A stretch of DNA of 64,000 nt from the human T2T-CHM13v2.0 reference genome, Homo sapiens (GCF_009914755.1 NC_060929.1); one strand, 5' to 3'; numbered from the stretch's first letter, positions 49,530 to 63,165 are shown. Program-made: numbers and translations. The notes: generated by a model from the letters alone, not told the origin.

Positions 49530-49950
49530 TCACTTAAGTTCCTCAAGAAACAGACTCTGAGATGAAGATTTGCATGTAAAGAGTATATGGGGGACTATTT
49601 TTGGGAACACCACCTGTGAGGCAGTAAGGAAGCAGGATTAGACAGAAGTGGGTGTTAGCCTGCAGTTTAGTTGCAACAGAGGCCTCAGGCTATTCCGTGG
49701 TGAATTCTAGAGTTGAGATGTTCCTTCAGAATTGTATGGAATTGAGACAAGGGGTTGGCTTTTATCTTCCTGAATTGATTAGTTAATCAGATGTGAGCTG
49801 CTTCTTGAGAGGGAACATAACCCTGGGTGAGACAGTTTCATTTGGTTAACCACATTGCTAGACCATCAGCAGATAGCATTCCTGGCCACTAAAGGTGTTA
49901 GTGCTTCAGTCCTAAAGAAGGGTCAGCGTGGCACACTACAGCACACATTC
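49530..49950 (-). mobile_element. ERVL LTR (LTR16/LTR33-like)
   Basis: CAGACTCTGAGATGAAGATTTGCATG..., GCAGTTTAGTTGCAACAGAGGCCTCAG. Confidence 0.6.
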
Positions 49951-49989
49951 TACTAGCTTAAGCTGACTTTGCAATCATCACAGTTGGCA

Positions 49990-50030
49990 TCAGCATCATT
50001 ATCATCATCACCATCACCATCACCATCATT
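49990..50030. repeat. (CAT/CAC)n low-complexity tract
   Basis: Direct reading. Confidence 0.85.
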
Positions 50031-50039
50031 ATTTATGGT

Positions 50040-50490
50040 GATGGCTCACAGATCTGAAAACACAGTAGATTGGGCTACTTTTAAAGGATGGCTGAATTCT
50101 GAAGCTCAAACAATGTCATCAGTAATATTCCTATGTCTTGGGACTCTATGTGCCTTCCTATTGGCTTTACTCATATTCTCAGGTTGGCACAAATGTAGGC
50201 TTACCTTCTGCCAAACTAGCATCTCAGTGGAAATAGATCCCTTTCCCAGAATTGCTAGCAACAGTCCTGGGCTGATGGTAGTAGGCCTGCTGGGGTCACC
50301 TGCATATCTTTGAACAAATCACTATGGGTAGGTGAATATAGGCTCTGACTGGCCAAGTGTGGATTATTTACCTATTCTGTAACTATTTCCACACAAACCA
50401 CATGGACTGAGTTGCATGAGAAGGGTAGATTGTCAAAGGAAACTTAGAGTTACTAATTTCATTACCCAAAGAGGGAGCAGGCAGATAGAA
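50040..50490 (-). mobile_element. Old MLT1 (J/K-like) LTR fragment
   Basis: TGAACAAATCACTATGG...CTCTGACTGGCCAAG...CCACATGGACTGAG. Confidence 0.55.
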
Positions 50491-51871
50491 GTCCTCCATA
50501 GGTAGATGGGATGTCAATGGGAAGTAAAGGGAGAGAAGGTCCTTCTAAGCCAAGGGACTAGCTTGAGGAATGACATGGAAATGTTAAAGCATATGGCTTA
50601 TCAAGTGACTGGCAAATAGCATATACTTATGCATAAGCACATTTAATAAGTAAAAATCTCTGTCTCCCCCAATACAGATATAGAACCATATTCCTTTAGT
50701 CGAGGGAAGAAGAATGCATTGTGAGTGATAAATTATGCAGATAATATTTCATATGCACACAGAGTCCAACCACAAGAGACATCGTGCCCCCCTGGGAAAC
50801 CTGCCTGAAAGACAATGGGCCAGGAGAAGGAAGGGGGCAGGAAGAGAGGAGTAGAATAAGGTCTGGCAGGTTTTGCTTGCAGCTGGGACAAGGCTGAATG
50901 AGGCAACGATTTTCCCTGAGGCTGTTCCTCATGACCAAAGTGGTGTGGATTGGCTGTGGCAGCCTGGGCAGTCAGCTCTGAGACAAATCATGACAGAGTG
51001 TGGACCTGATAGGAATTTATGTTGGTCTCTGAAGGGTGGCAGCTTTGTGATGATCAAGGCAGCTGGGAGAGAGTTGTTTAGCATATTCAAAAGGTCACGG
51101 TGCCCAGGAGAGAGCACAGGACAAGGAATCAGGAGACCATTGCTGGGCCACTCACATCTTGTAGGGTTGTGGACCAGTCAGTCACCTCATCTGTAAAAAG
51201 ACAATGATGAACCCTCAGGAAGGCCCCTTCTAACTTGGTGTCTCTGGATATAAGGAGACACTGAATGGTATAATTTGATGGAGGAAAGGTGACTAGATAC
51301 GGCAGTGGCATCCCTTTCAGGGACAGTAAATGGAGGCCCCAAGGGGAGGGCATGGACATACAACAGGAATGTTTGAGTTCAATTAAGTTACTGGTCTGGT
51401 CTGTCAAGTAGTTTCTGATCTTGCTGAGAGAGGTCAGAAAGCCTTAACCACAGCATTGACTCTATAGGAATAGAGCTAGAGGGAGAGATAGTTTGGTTGT
51501 GTTGCATCATTTGAAAAATAAGAAAAAAAATAAAGCCCCAGTTGGGTTATATTTTTTGTGGTTATATAAAAAATATATTAGCAAAGCCAGGGTTTGCACT
51601 CAATCTTATGACACTGCCTTGCTTGATTTGAACATAATTTTCTCCACTAGGGGATCACACAGTACCTACCAATCAAGTTAATTCATACTTCCTGAACTAC
51701 AAGAAGTTATAGAAGAAAAATTAAAGGAAAAAGAGTTATGTAGGCATATGTGAGGGATGTACAGAGAGTTCTGGGACAAGTGGAAGGTAGAGTATGCCTG
51801 CATCAGGGAGATGTATTTAATCCACTCAAGTAACAAGACACAGTGTGTTCCAAAGAAAGAACACCAGACAC

Positions 51872-52150
51872 CAGCTTCCCAAAGCATTTTTCATGAAACA
51901 TAAATCCTAAAAAAAATCCCTGGGCATTTGTAAAATAGGTTTACTTTATCTCACTCTGGGAAACTTACAAAGAACATTAAAGGCTCTGAGCTTATTAAAT
52001 GCTCTGATAAGTCCTGTAGTAAATAAACCTGCTTAACTCTGTTTAATCAAGTATCTCTTCAACATATTTGACTACTGAAATTCTTCCTAATTTTAATTTT
52101 TGTACCTAATACCTGTTAGCATCCTGTAGAAAATACTTTGAAAAGTGCTA
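51872..52150. mobile_element. hAT-Charlie MITE (MER103-like)
   Basis: GCTCTGATAAGTCCTGTAGTAAATAAACCTGCTTAACTCTGTTTAA. Confidence 0.6.
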
Positions 52151-52306
52151 CAATAGATAAATTACATGAATTTGGGAATTTCTGTCTTACAGCTTCTCTC
52201 TATAAAATTACATGATTAGATTAAGTGTTTGCCTTAATTCCCTCAAGATCCTTTGATTCTAATTATTGCACATTAGTGGCAGAATTAAAATTAGAACCAA
52301 GGAGAC

Positions 52307-52667
52307 AGCTATGGTTTGAATGTGTCCCCTAAAATGCATGTATAGAAAACTTAATCTTCAAAGTAACAGTGTTGGGAGGTGGGGCCTAATGGGAGGTGTT
52401 TAGGTCACAAGGGCTCTGCCCTTAAGAATTGATTAATTCCCATTATAAAAGGGCTTGAGGCTGGAAGTTCAGCCTCTTCTTGCTCTCTCTCACCCTCTCT
52501 TTGCCCTTCTGTCAGAGCATGACACAGCAAGAAGGCCGTTGCCAGATGTGGTTCCTTGATCTTGGACTTTTTCAGCTTCCCGAACTCTGCGCCAATCAAT
52601 TTCTGCTCATTTTAAATTACTGAGAGTGTGGTATTCTGTTAGAGCAGCACAAAAGTGGACCAAGGCC
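52307..52667 (+). mobile_element. MST (B/D-like) MaLR solo LTR
   Basis: GCTATGGTTTGAATGTGTCCCC...GTGTTGGGAGGTGGGGCCT...GGTATTCTGTTAGAGCAGCACAAAA. Confidence 0.88.
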
Positions 52668-53159
52668 AGGCAGGGTGAGCTTCTCCAAGCTACCGTTGTC
52701 TCTTGCCTGGACAACTGCAATAGCCTTGTTGTTGGTCTTCCACTTTCAGTCTCATCCTTCCCCAAACCACCCACCAGACTTCAGCCAGAGAGAACTTCTA
52801 AAATGCAAATAAGGCCATCTCACATTGCTTCCACCCAACCTTCAATGTTCCCTCCAGGTTCCCATGCAGAGACCCTGAGACTTCACGTTATACCAGGAAG
52901 CCCTAGCTAAATATATCACTAGCCATCAATGCACAATGAAATAACACATTTTTAGGCCAAAATATAATTATTGTATAGTAGAAATAGATGACATCAGAAA
53001 TAAAAGTTTCCTTAAACAAGGTGGATACCCAAAGTGCAGTTCGCAGACCTTCTGAATCAGAACCTGCATTTTAACAAGACTATTTGTGTGAACAATGGTT
53101 TGAGAGGCACTATCTTAGTGACAATTTTTACTGTACGAATCACCAATGAGGCTAAAGGT

Positions 53160-53385
53160 TAGGGATTAAATGCATAGGCTTTAGAGTTAGGCCTGGCTTT
53201 GAGTTTAAGGTGTGTTGTGATCTTGGGCAAGTTCCTTAACATCTCTGAATCTGTTTCGTCATCTGTAAAATAGGCGATAAAAATACTAGTACCTAGCTCA
53301 CAATTATATTGTGAAGATTAAATGATGAACTATTAGAAGCAGCTCCTATCACTGTTTTGGCATAGAACCCTTAATAAAAGTTCGA
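53160..53385 (+). mobile_element. MIR SINE
   Basis: TTGGGCAAGTTCCTTAACATCTCTGAATCTGTTTCGTCATCTGTAAAAT. Confidence 0.85.
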
Positions 53386-55118
53386 TGAATATATGGGGAA
53401 ACTGAAGACCACAGAGCAGTGTTACTTGTGGTAGGGTCCAGCATGAGCATCACAGCCCAGGGGCAGAAACCTAGTAGGGTTGAGGCAAGGGTAGGAAATA
53501 GGGATAAGATTGATGACCTTGTTCACCAAGCAGTTACTGAGCACTCATGATGGGCCAGGCCATCTGGAGTGGCTGGGGCTACAGTGCTGACCAAGGCACA
53601 GTTCTTGCCCTCACGAAGCACACAGCCGGGCATGTCAGCCGGGCATCATCACTGAGGAGCATAAGTGCAACTGAAAATAGACTTGGCCGTGCTTCCTCCT
53701 TGCTTGGCACGGATCTCACTGCAGTAGAGCTTCGATTCCAGCTAATCCTTCTCCTTGGCTCTTAGTTCTCCCAAGAATTTCTCCTTAGGGAATGAAAAAA
53801 TAGCCCCATTTTCTGCTCCTCCTTAAGGTATTATTTTGTCCATTTGAAAGGAGGAAAAAAAAACACCCATCAGCTGTTTTGAATGGAAAATATCTTTTTT
53901 TCCCTCTCCTATGTAAACTGTATTTTTTTTAGGACTTTGTGGGTCACTGAAACCTCAGGATTTGTTTATTTATCTCAGACTCTTGGGTGACCTCTTCAAT
54001 TGCCGAGCAATCTTTCCTGTTTACACAGAGCTTGGCAGCCTCCAGGATGAGTTTTCTAATAGAGATATCTCTCTCCTAGCCTGGCTGAGCTGGAGACCCT
54101 CCATAGGTAAGGCTTGAAGGGAAGCGGGGAGTGAGGCAAATGTAGGAATGATCTCATTGCTGAGTTTCCCTTGCCCTCTTCTGCCCTCCAAATTACCAAG
54201 TTCCATGGGTATACAGAAGACAGTGTTGGTGCAATACAGCATAGCCTAGCCAGCATAAGGAAGGCTCAAGGAAACTGCTGGCTGGCTTTTACAATTTTGA
54301 TTAAGTAGTAGCATTTGTATAGGAAAGCTTTGTTGGAATTTTCCAGGAAACATTTTTGGGAGAATAGGGACTTGTCAGTTGAAAATGCTCTCTCAGATGC
54401 CATCTGACTGTGTTGGTGGCAAGAAACATCTTTCTGAGAGAGCCGGAGGGAATAAAACTGGTTGTCTGAGAGAAAGGCCACCCCCAGGCCAGGGAAATAT
54501 AATTCAGTTTTAAGTGAAGCCATCTCGTAAATTATCTATCTGAGGACTTGTGATCAATTAACATTAGCAACATGTTCTTATTCTGACAAAAGGTAACAAA
54601 CACAGGGAGGACTGGACTCAGAGGATGACCTGAGACACTGAGGCCTTTTGGAATGGGAAGTCAGGGTTGTTGACTTTACCCAGATAGGTAACACAGAATG
54701 TGTGCATGTCCTGTGTAGTGTCTGCTCAGATATTTCGTTTCTTCCCTTTTTCCTTTTTTCTAAACTTTAATTACCTTAAGTCTCTGGTTTGTCTTTTGTT
54801 TGGAAATGCTAAGGATATGAAGTCCTTATTTGTATGATTTTAGCTGTGTGATTTGAGAACAAATGCTTAATCTTTTAAGTCTTGGTTTCTCCATTTGTAA
54901 GATGATTAGTTTGGAGCAGATTATTTCTAAAGATTCTTTCAACCTAGAATTCTGATTCCCAAGGATGCTGGATTATTTGACAACTACTTGCAACATGTTG
55001 GCATTTAGCAATTAGCTGGCAGCTAAAATGGAGTAAAGTAGAAATATTTTAGCTGATATCTCAAAAATGTCCACTATCTGTTAAAACAGAGTGAACCATG
55101 CTAGACTTTTGTTTAGTG

Positions 55119-55120
<2 letters not shown>

Positions 55121-55152
<32 letters not shown>
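55121..55152. repeat. (GT)16 microsatellite
   Basis: Direct reading. Confidence 0.95.
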
Positions 55153-55155
<3 letters not shown>

Positions 55156-55699
55156 AAGGTAGACACCAGTGAAAAGTTAGGGGGTAATTATGTAACAATT
55201 TAGGGGCAGGAGTGACGAATAGTTGGCATAATGCCATTATCCCAGTGGGCGTTTCTGATGCCCAAGGGCAGACATTGCTAATCGATCATATCACTCATTT
55301 TTATGATCATATCACTCCTTTCACGCAGGGCTCCAGGCAGCCACTAAAAAAGCCATGATGAAATCTATTTGTCTCTCCTAGTCTGAAGCATAAAACCGAT
55401 AACCCTAGTCTTATCAGCAACATTCTCTAACCCTTGGGATATTTGGAGGGTGTTCTCATTTGAATATTCACTCATTCAACACATATTTTTAAGTCCCTAC
55501 ACACACACACACACAGTCCTAGCCAACCATAGTTGTAGGTAATGCTGATAAGTAGAGGATGAAACAAACAAAACTCTCATGGAATTTTCATCCTAGTGGG
55601 GCAGAGGAAGAAGGAGAATAAAATGACATACAAAGTACAGACATACTTTACCTTATTGTGCTTTATGTTATTGCTCTTTGTAGATATTGCATTTGTATG

Positions 55700-56072
55700 T
55701 TTTTTTTTAATTTTACTTTAAGTTCTGGGATACATGTGCAGAATATGAAGGTTTGTTACATAGGTATACATTTGCCATGGTGGTTTGCTGGACCTATCAA
55801 CCCATCATCTATGTTTTAAGCCCTGTATGCATTAGGAATTTGTCCTAATGCTCTCCCTCCTCTTGCCCCCCACCCCCACCACCCCAACAGGCCCCAGTGT
55901 GTGATGTTCCCCTCCCTGTGTCCCTGTGTTCTCATTGTTCAACTCCCACTTATGAGTGAGAACATGCAGTGTTTGGTTTCCTGTTCCTATGTTAGTTTGC
56001 TGAGGATGATGGTTTCTAGCTTCATCCATGTCCCTGAAAAGGCATGAACTCATTCTCTTTTATGGCTGCATA

Positions 56073-56074
<2 letters not shown>
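55700..56074 (-). mobile_element. L1PA 3' end nested in the Tigger1
   Basis: TTTTACTTTAAGTTCTGGGATACATGTGCAGA...TTTATGGCTGCATAGT. Confidence 0.93.

Positions 56075-56114
<40 letters not shown>
56074..56114. repeat. (TG)n microsatellite at the L1/Tigger1 junction
   Basis: Direct reading. Confidence 0.95.
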
Positions 56115-56117
<3 letters not shown>

Positions 56118-59100
56118 AAGAAGTTGAAGGTTTGGGCAACCCTGCATGGAACAAGTCTAGTGGCACCATTTTTCTAACAGCATGTGCTCACTTGAATCTC
56201 TGTTATATTTTGGTAATTCTTGCAATATTTCTAAGTTTTTCATTATCATTACATCTGTTATAGTAATCTGTGACATTGGATCTTTGATGTTACTATTATA
56301 ATTGGGAGCACCATGAACTGTGCCCATGAATGACAATGAACTTAATCACTAAATGTCATGCGTGCTCAGACTGCTCCATCAGCATGCCGTTCCCTCATCT
56401 CTGTCCCTCTCCTCAGGCCCCCCTATTCTCTGAGACACAACAATATTGAAATTAGGCTGATTTATAGCCCTACAGTGGCCTCTAAGTGTTCAAGTAAAAG
56501 GAAAATTTGCACATCTCTCACTTTTTATCAAAAGCTAGATATGATTAAGTTTAGTGAGGAAGACATGTCCAAAGCCAAGACAGGCTGAAAGCTAGGCCAC
56601 TTTTGCCAAACAGCCAAGTTGTGAATGCAAAGGAAAAGCTCTTGAAGGCAGTTAAAAATGTTATTCTAGTGAGCATGCAAATGATAAGAGAGTGAAACAA
56701 CCTTATTGAAAACATGAAGAAAGTGTGAGTGGTCTGGGTAGAAGATCAAGCCAGTCACAGCATTCCCTTAAGCCAAAGTCAAATTCAGAGCAAGGCCCTA
56801 ACTCTTTTCAATTCTTGAAGTGTGAAAGAGATGAGGAAGCTATAGAAGAAAAGTTGGAAGCTGGCAGAGGTTGGTTTATGAGGTGTGAAGAAGCAATCTT
56901 CATAACATAAAAGTGCAAAGGGAAGCAGCAAGTGCTGATGCAGAAGCTGCAGCAACTTGTCCAGAAGATCGAGGTAACATCATGAAGGTGGCTACATAAA
57001 ATAATAGATTTTCAATAGAGACAAAACAGCCTTCTATTGGAAGAAGATGCCATCTAGGATTTTCATAGTTAGAGAGGAGAAGTCAATGCCTGGCTTCAAA
57101 GTTTCAAAGGACAGACTGACTCTCTTGTTAGGGGCTAATGCAGCTGGTGACTTGAAGTTGAAGCCAATGCTCATTCACCATTCTGAAAATCCTAGGACCT
57201 TTAAGAATTATGCTGAATCTGCTCTGCCTGTGCTCTAGAAATGTAATAGCAAAGCACGGATGACAGCATATGTTTATAGCATGGTTTACTGAGTAGTTTA
57301 AGTCCACTGTTGAGATCTACCGCTCAGAAAAAAAAGATGCCTTTCAAAATATTACTGCTCATTGACAATACACCTGGTTGTTCAAGAGCTCCACTGGAGA
57401 TGTACAAGGAGATTAATGTTATTTTCATGGCTGCTAAGACAACATACATTCTGCAACCCATAGGTCAAAGTGTAGTTTTGACTTTCATGTTTTATTATAT
57501 AAGAATTGGATTCATAAGGATATAGTTGCCATGGGTAGTGATTCCTCTGAGGGATCTGGGAAAAGTAAATTGAAACCCTTCTGGAAAGGATTCACTATTC
57601 TAGACTCCATTAAGAAGATTCATGATTCATGAAAAAAGGTCAAAATATCCACATTAACAGCAGTTTGGAAGAAGTTGATTCCAGCCCTCATGGATGACCT
57701 TGAGGGGTTCAAGGCTTCTGTGGAGGAAGTCACTGAAGATGAGGTGGAAATAGCAAGAGAACTAAAATTGTAAGTGGAGCCTGAAGATGTGACTGAATTG
57801 CTGCTATCTCATGATAAAACTTCAATGGATGAGGAGTTGCTTTTTATGGATGAGCAAAGACAGTGGTTTGTTGAGATGAAATCTATGCCTGGTGAACATG
57901 CTATGAACATTGTTTAAATGACAACAAATGATTTAGGATATTACATTAACTTAGTTGATAAAACAGTGGCAGAGTTTGAGAAGAGTGACTCCAATTTTAA
58001 AAGAAGTTCTACTGTGGATAAAATGCTATCAAACAGTGTCACGTGCTGTAGAGAAATCTTTCATGAAAGGAAGAGTCCGTCAATGAGGGAAACTTTATTG
58101 TTGTCTTATTTTTAAAAATTGCTGTGTCACCCTACCTTTCAATAACCACCACCCTGATCAGTCAGCAGCTGTCAACGTTGAAGCAAGGCCCTCACCAGCA
58201 AAAAGATTAGAACTCACTGAAGGCTTAGATAATTGTTAGTATGTTTAGCCATAAGGTATCTTTAAATTAAGATATGTACATTGATTTTTAAGCATAATTC
58301 TATTGCACACTTAATAGACTATGGTTTAATGTAAACATAACTTCTGTATCCCCTGGAAACAAATCACGTGACTGACTTTATTTTGCTATTTGCTTCATTA
58401 TGGTGGTTTGGAACCAAGCCCACAATATATGTGGGGTATGCCTGTATGTTTGGTATTGGTAAGTGCTGGAAAGAAATCAGCAGAAAAAGGATAAATGGAG
58501 TGAGTGTACATGGGGTTAGAATTGAATTGCAGTTTTATATAAGAATTTCACAAAAGGCTTTGTTGAGGTGAAATTTGTGGAAAGACCTAAAGGGGGAGAG
58601 ATCGGGTGAGGATGGGAGGTTATCCAAGGCCGTGTAATTTTGAGGTTGCAGAGAGGAGCAAAAATTGTCTTTACAAGAAAATATTCATTAGTGAATTGGC
58701 CACTTTAAAATTATCCCCACTCAAGAATTCTTACCCTCTTGTTTTCCCATCTATCATATCAATATTTTTGTTGGTCTATGATAATTAATAGATATTATAA
58801 ACATCAAATGATACAAACAAAAATAAATTTTACAAATAAATCAAATGATACAAACAAAAATAAATCAAATAAATCAAATTCTGTAGTTTTGAAGTAAAAT
58901 TACCAATTATAGTAAAGATAATGATTTCATGAAGTTGTTGAAAGCTGTGTTAAAAACATACCTGAATTATAAGCAAATAAGGATCTGTCTGAATATTCAG
59001 TTAACAATTGAAGAAGAGAGAAGCACTGAGGGTTAAACACAATAAGCTCTTTCAAGGTAAATGTTTACCCGAAGGATTATGAGAGGACTTTAGAGAAATT

Positions 59101-59488
59101 TTTATTACTCTTAAATATTTTTTAAAAGATGACCCTGTTATTGACCATCTGTGAAAGTCAAATATGAAAAAAAAGAAAAATCTTGCTTTTTTTTTTTTTA
59201 GGAAAATGTATGCCAAAAATACTGACCATACTTCAATTATTGCTTGTTGCTTTGTAGAATTAGCATAGACTTAAAATACCCTAAAATAATACAGAAATAA
59301 CTTATTTTAAAAGATTTTGGTTTTATTTTTAAGTTGGAGTCCCAGTTGAACATCTTCTGTTTAGTGTGCAATTTTATGATTTGTCTTAAGTGGATTCGCT
59401 GTAAACTGGTCCATTTCCATGACCAGTGAAATTCCCCTGAAGAGGCACAATAAGTTAGGACAGGTGGAGGGACTCACCCAAGGTCACA

Positions 59489-59505
59489 TGGCCAGAAGGT
59501 GGCAG
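59489..59505 (+). promoter_or_regulatory. Candidate CTCF motif within a MIR remnant
   Basis: TGGCCAGAAGGTGGCAG has one mismatch to CCASYAGRKGGCRS. Confidence 0.35.
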
Positions 59506-60519
59506 GACCTGGGCAATGCTGTTTCTGTGCCTCCCAATGACCAAAGTTGTATTGAAAGGATTCTCTGGTGGATTCATAATATGAACTCACGTGGGAAATC
59601 AGGGATTCTAGGCAGTTAATCGGCAAACCAGCTATTGATTTGTTTTTTGAAAGATTTTTTTTTCTATTAATAAAACTTTGTTGTGTGGACATGATTCTGA
59701 TTTAGAAGACATTCCTCATGGTTTATGGCAGTCTTCAAGGAGGCAGTGTTCTCTTACAAGGCCTGAGGAAGAGAATGAAATGTGATTATTAATATTTATC
59801 TGCAGAAGATTGTAGCAATACCCTGAACACCTTTTACTCTTAGTGTATAGGTACAAGACCTCTAGTTCTGACTAGGAAACAGGGTAGATGTTGCATTCAA
59901 TAATGGACAAGAAATTTTAGGAGCCATACTTTCTCTTTTACTCCTGGGGACTCTCAGAGGAAAAATAGATGCTTTCTTCAGTTTCTGGCCTATTTATAAT
60001 ATTTGGGGATGCCTTGCATTTCCTTATTTGACCCACAACTTGAAATCCCTATTGGTTTGAAGGAGCACTTGGGGGCTTTTGAATTTACATTTTGCTTAAA
60101 TCCACATAGGGTGATACTTTACCTGCCATTTACTTCTAGATATAGATGGACAAGTAGACAGATAGATGAATAGATGAGATTGAGATTCCACAAATACCTA
60201 AACACTTACAGAACTGACTTTAGAGATCATCTGGTTTCCCATTTCATTTTATATTGAAGTTGTACAGAGAAGGGATAACAATACAGTTGGGTCACACAAC
60301 AAGGCAGTGACTGATCTCACACCAAAATTCACATCTTCTGAATTATGGTTGGATGTTCTAATTCACCCCCAAATAAATGTCATTCCTATATGCATTTATG
60401 CATGAGTAGTCATCATATCCTGTGTTCATGATGTGTGCTAGCATTATATTTTTCTTAACTCCATCCCAGGACCCAAAGAAGAACATATATTCTGCAGTTG
60501 TCTCCATAAAACTGATCAC

Positions 60520-60770
60520 ATGGGGTTATGGTTAAGAGTATGTCATATGGAGCTGTACTGAAATATATGTCCTGCTGCTTCCTAACTAGCTATGTGAAAT
60601 TGGATAAGTTTTTGAAGTTCTCTATACCTCCATTTCCTCATTTGCTAAATAAAGGTAATAATACTCATTTTTTTAGGCTTGTTTTGAGGATTGAGATAAT
60701 GGATGTAAAGTATTTAAAAATGCCTATAATTGAGCATGGATAGAGCTCAATAAATGTTAGCCATCGTTGC
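60520..60770 (+). mobile_element. MIR SINE
   Basis: CCTCCATTTCCTCATTTGCTAAAT...GCTCAATAAATGTTAGC. Confidence 0.85.
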
Positions 60771-61639
60771 AGTTATCATCAGCTACAGCAGAGGAACAAC
60801 TGCAGAATCTTCGTCATCAGCATCATTAGCATCTTTATCATCATTTATTATTGTTATTGGTAAGCTGAAATCAAACCACTGAATGGTCCTTTGAGCACAT
60901 CCAGTCTAACCTTGGTCTCATGACTTAATCCTATGTTTAACATCCCTGCCATGTGGCCAGCCTGTCTTAGATTGAATACCTCTGGTGCCCAGGAACTGAT
61001 TTCTTTCCAGAGTCATGCATGTAATTTCAGAGATGATCCTAAATACAATTAAACTGGGGTTTCAAAGTCTCTAATACTCAAAATAAATGGCCTGTCCCAG
61101 CATCATTACTCATATCTGAAATGATTTATATACCAATTATCTAAGGAATTTGTTTTTCCTGTTTCACATAAAGATTATGGATCAATTAAGTTCTTATGTT
61201 TTCTTTGTCTAAGAAGGAAGTTCCTATGCCCAAACTTGGGATCTGGCTGACCAGGGAAGGAGGCAAGAAGCCCCAGCAGTTTTTATTTCCAACCTGGCCT
61301 TTGTCACCAGCTATGATCTGGGCTGAGAAGCCCCCACTGCTTTGCCAGGATACTTCTCTCTGAGCCTGTCACTCCTCTTACTTTCTGGATATATTGCATT
61401 TGAATTAGGTATTAGACACCTAAGGGGATAGAGGATTCTGTAGCTCAGTGTACCAGTCAGGGGTAAAAATTCAAATTTGAGAGAATTAGCCTAGAATTGG
61501 TATTTGAAGCCATAGGATGTGAGAAAGAGAGTTTGTAGTGTACTGTAGCAAAAATCTTCTAAAAAAAAAAAAAACTAGCTGGCAGCAACCACTGGATTAG
61601 CAAACATGCCATTCAGATTTTCTTACTTCGTCTTCCTCT

Positions 61640-61985
61640 GCTTGATAAAACATACATGGAGGGCAGTGAGGATGCAAGATGTTAGTTGAAATCAATGACA
61701 GAGACACTATCTTCCTTCAGCTCAATGAGCTTGCAATCATTAGATGAGGGAGAGATGCACAGGTCATTAATTATAAAAGAGGGCAGGTGAAAATGGCTAT
61801 GAAGTGTAGGTATTGGCATGTCCTGGAGCAGAGAACAGGGAGGGGTAGTTAGTTTGTTGGTTATATCAAGGAAGACTTCACAGGGAAGATGCTATTTGTA
61901 GGGGAACCTGAATGACAAAAGACATTTTAGGGGCTAAAGAAAGGGTAGAAGGCATTCCAGGCAAAGGGAGACTAGAAGGAGAATA
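61640..61985 (-). mobile_element. L2 fragment
   Basis: CAAGGAAGACTTCACAGGGAAG...AAGGCATTCCAGGCAAAGGGA. Confidence 0.65.
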
Positions 61986-62819
61986 GATTCAGAGAGGCGA
62001 AGAGCACACAGTAGGTTCACATAGTAGGATTTCAAAACAGATTTGTGAACAGTATCCCACTGACCCTGTATCTAGGGCTGGCCATTTCTCCTTTGCCTGA
62101 AGGCAGCCTTGAAATAGATGTGTCCCTGTATTCTGAGATGTAGATCTTGCAGAGCCCAGGGAGAGTACCTGGAGCCTTTCACCTTGTGCTGAGATTCGAA
62201 GGGCAGGGAAGAAACAGACTTCTCCCATGAGACCAATAATGATGACACTCAAGATTGTGGATTGCGAGCTTGTTCCAAAGGTACCATTGGGTATCCACAC
62301 ATCCTCGCAGTAAATCACCGTGCACCAGGCCTCACAGCACATTACTGGCTGGCCTGCTGCGTTCTCTCTCGGGGAGCAAGGACAACAGATCTAGAAAGTG
62401 AAGTGCAGATCTGTGGAAAATATCAAAGCCCGATTGGCATCCTGTGGTGCCCATGCTCCTCACTCCCCAGATTGGGAAACTGAGACTCTTGAGAGGATAG
62501 TTGCACACCCAGCTCATGTAACGTAGTGGCAGTGTAGGCGCTAGAACATGATTTCTCTGATTTATTTTCAAGCATGTTTTTTTTTCTACTGTGCCTCACA
62601 CTTGTTCTCTTTTCTTTGAAGTTCAAAGTATTTTGCAGCCTCAACTTGTGCTTATCTCTACTGCCAAGAGACAGCTGCTATTATCTGCCATTGTGATACC
62701 CCTGTCCCCAGCACTTTCCCTCTTCTCGCATTGCTCTCAGGAGAGGCCCTAGGCAAGTTGAATGTTAGATAGAAGCTCAATCTGTTCATCTCCCTGAGGA
62801 ATCATGGCATCTTTATGAC

Positions 62820-63165
62820 TGTTCAAGAAAAAATTATGCAGTTATGCTTATTAAGCAAGTATGGTAAGGAATACTTTATTTAGGACCACCATGATAGGGG
62901 TACTGCAGCTGGGGAGTGGGATTGGGCTCAACTCTGAATACAACATGTGCAAGTGGGATTGTATAGCCAAAGAGTAATGTAGAGGTTGGTGGATGGAAAA
63001 TTACTAAGATGACACATCAGAGGTAAATGGGATTCTGGCTAAACCAACCTAACAAGATTCTTGATGAAGGCAGGCCAGGGTGATGAGGCATTCTCTGGGG
63101 GATGGAAGAGGATGAGGAACTCAGTCAGATATCAAGGGTGAGCAGATATCAAGAATGTGGGGGCT
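62820..63165 (-). mobile_element. MER31-like ERV1 LTR
   Basis: GATTGGGCTCAACTCTGAATAC...GGATGGAAAATTACTAAG...GGATTCTGGCTAAACC. Confidence 0.75.

Larger units (their letters stand above)
55638..58444 (+). mobile_element. Full-length Tigger1 with disrupted transposase, inserted in an antisense L2
   Basis: TA|CAGACATAC...GGTATGCCTG|TA. ORFs 57047..57238 ([20 protein letters not shown]) and 57310..57525 (KILLLIDN) are DDE-domain fragments. L2 sequence on both sides. Confidence 0.95.

Noticed and set aside
55284-55317. GATCATATCACTC repeated twice; also CAGCCGGGCAT twice near 53623-53646
   Set aside because: Ordinary micro-duplications with no further structure.
56358-58115. Tigger1 ORFs as a domesticated TIGD-like gene
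   Set aside because: The transposase is broken into many short frames by stops and frameshifts.
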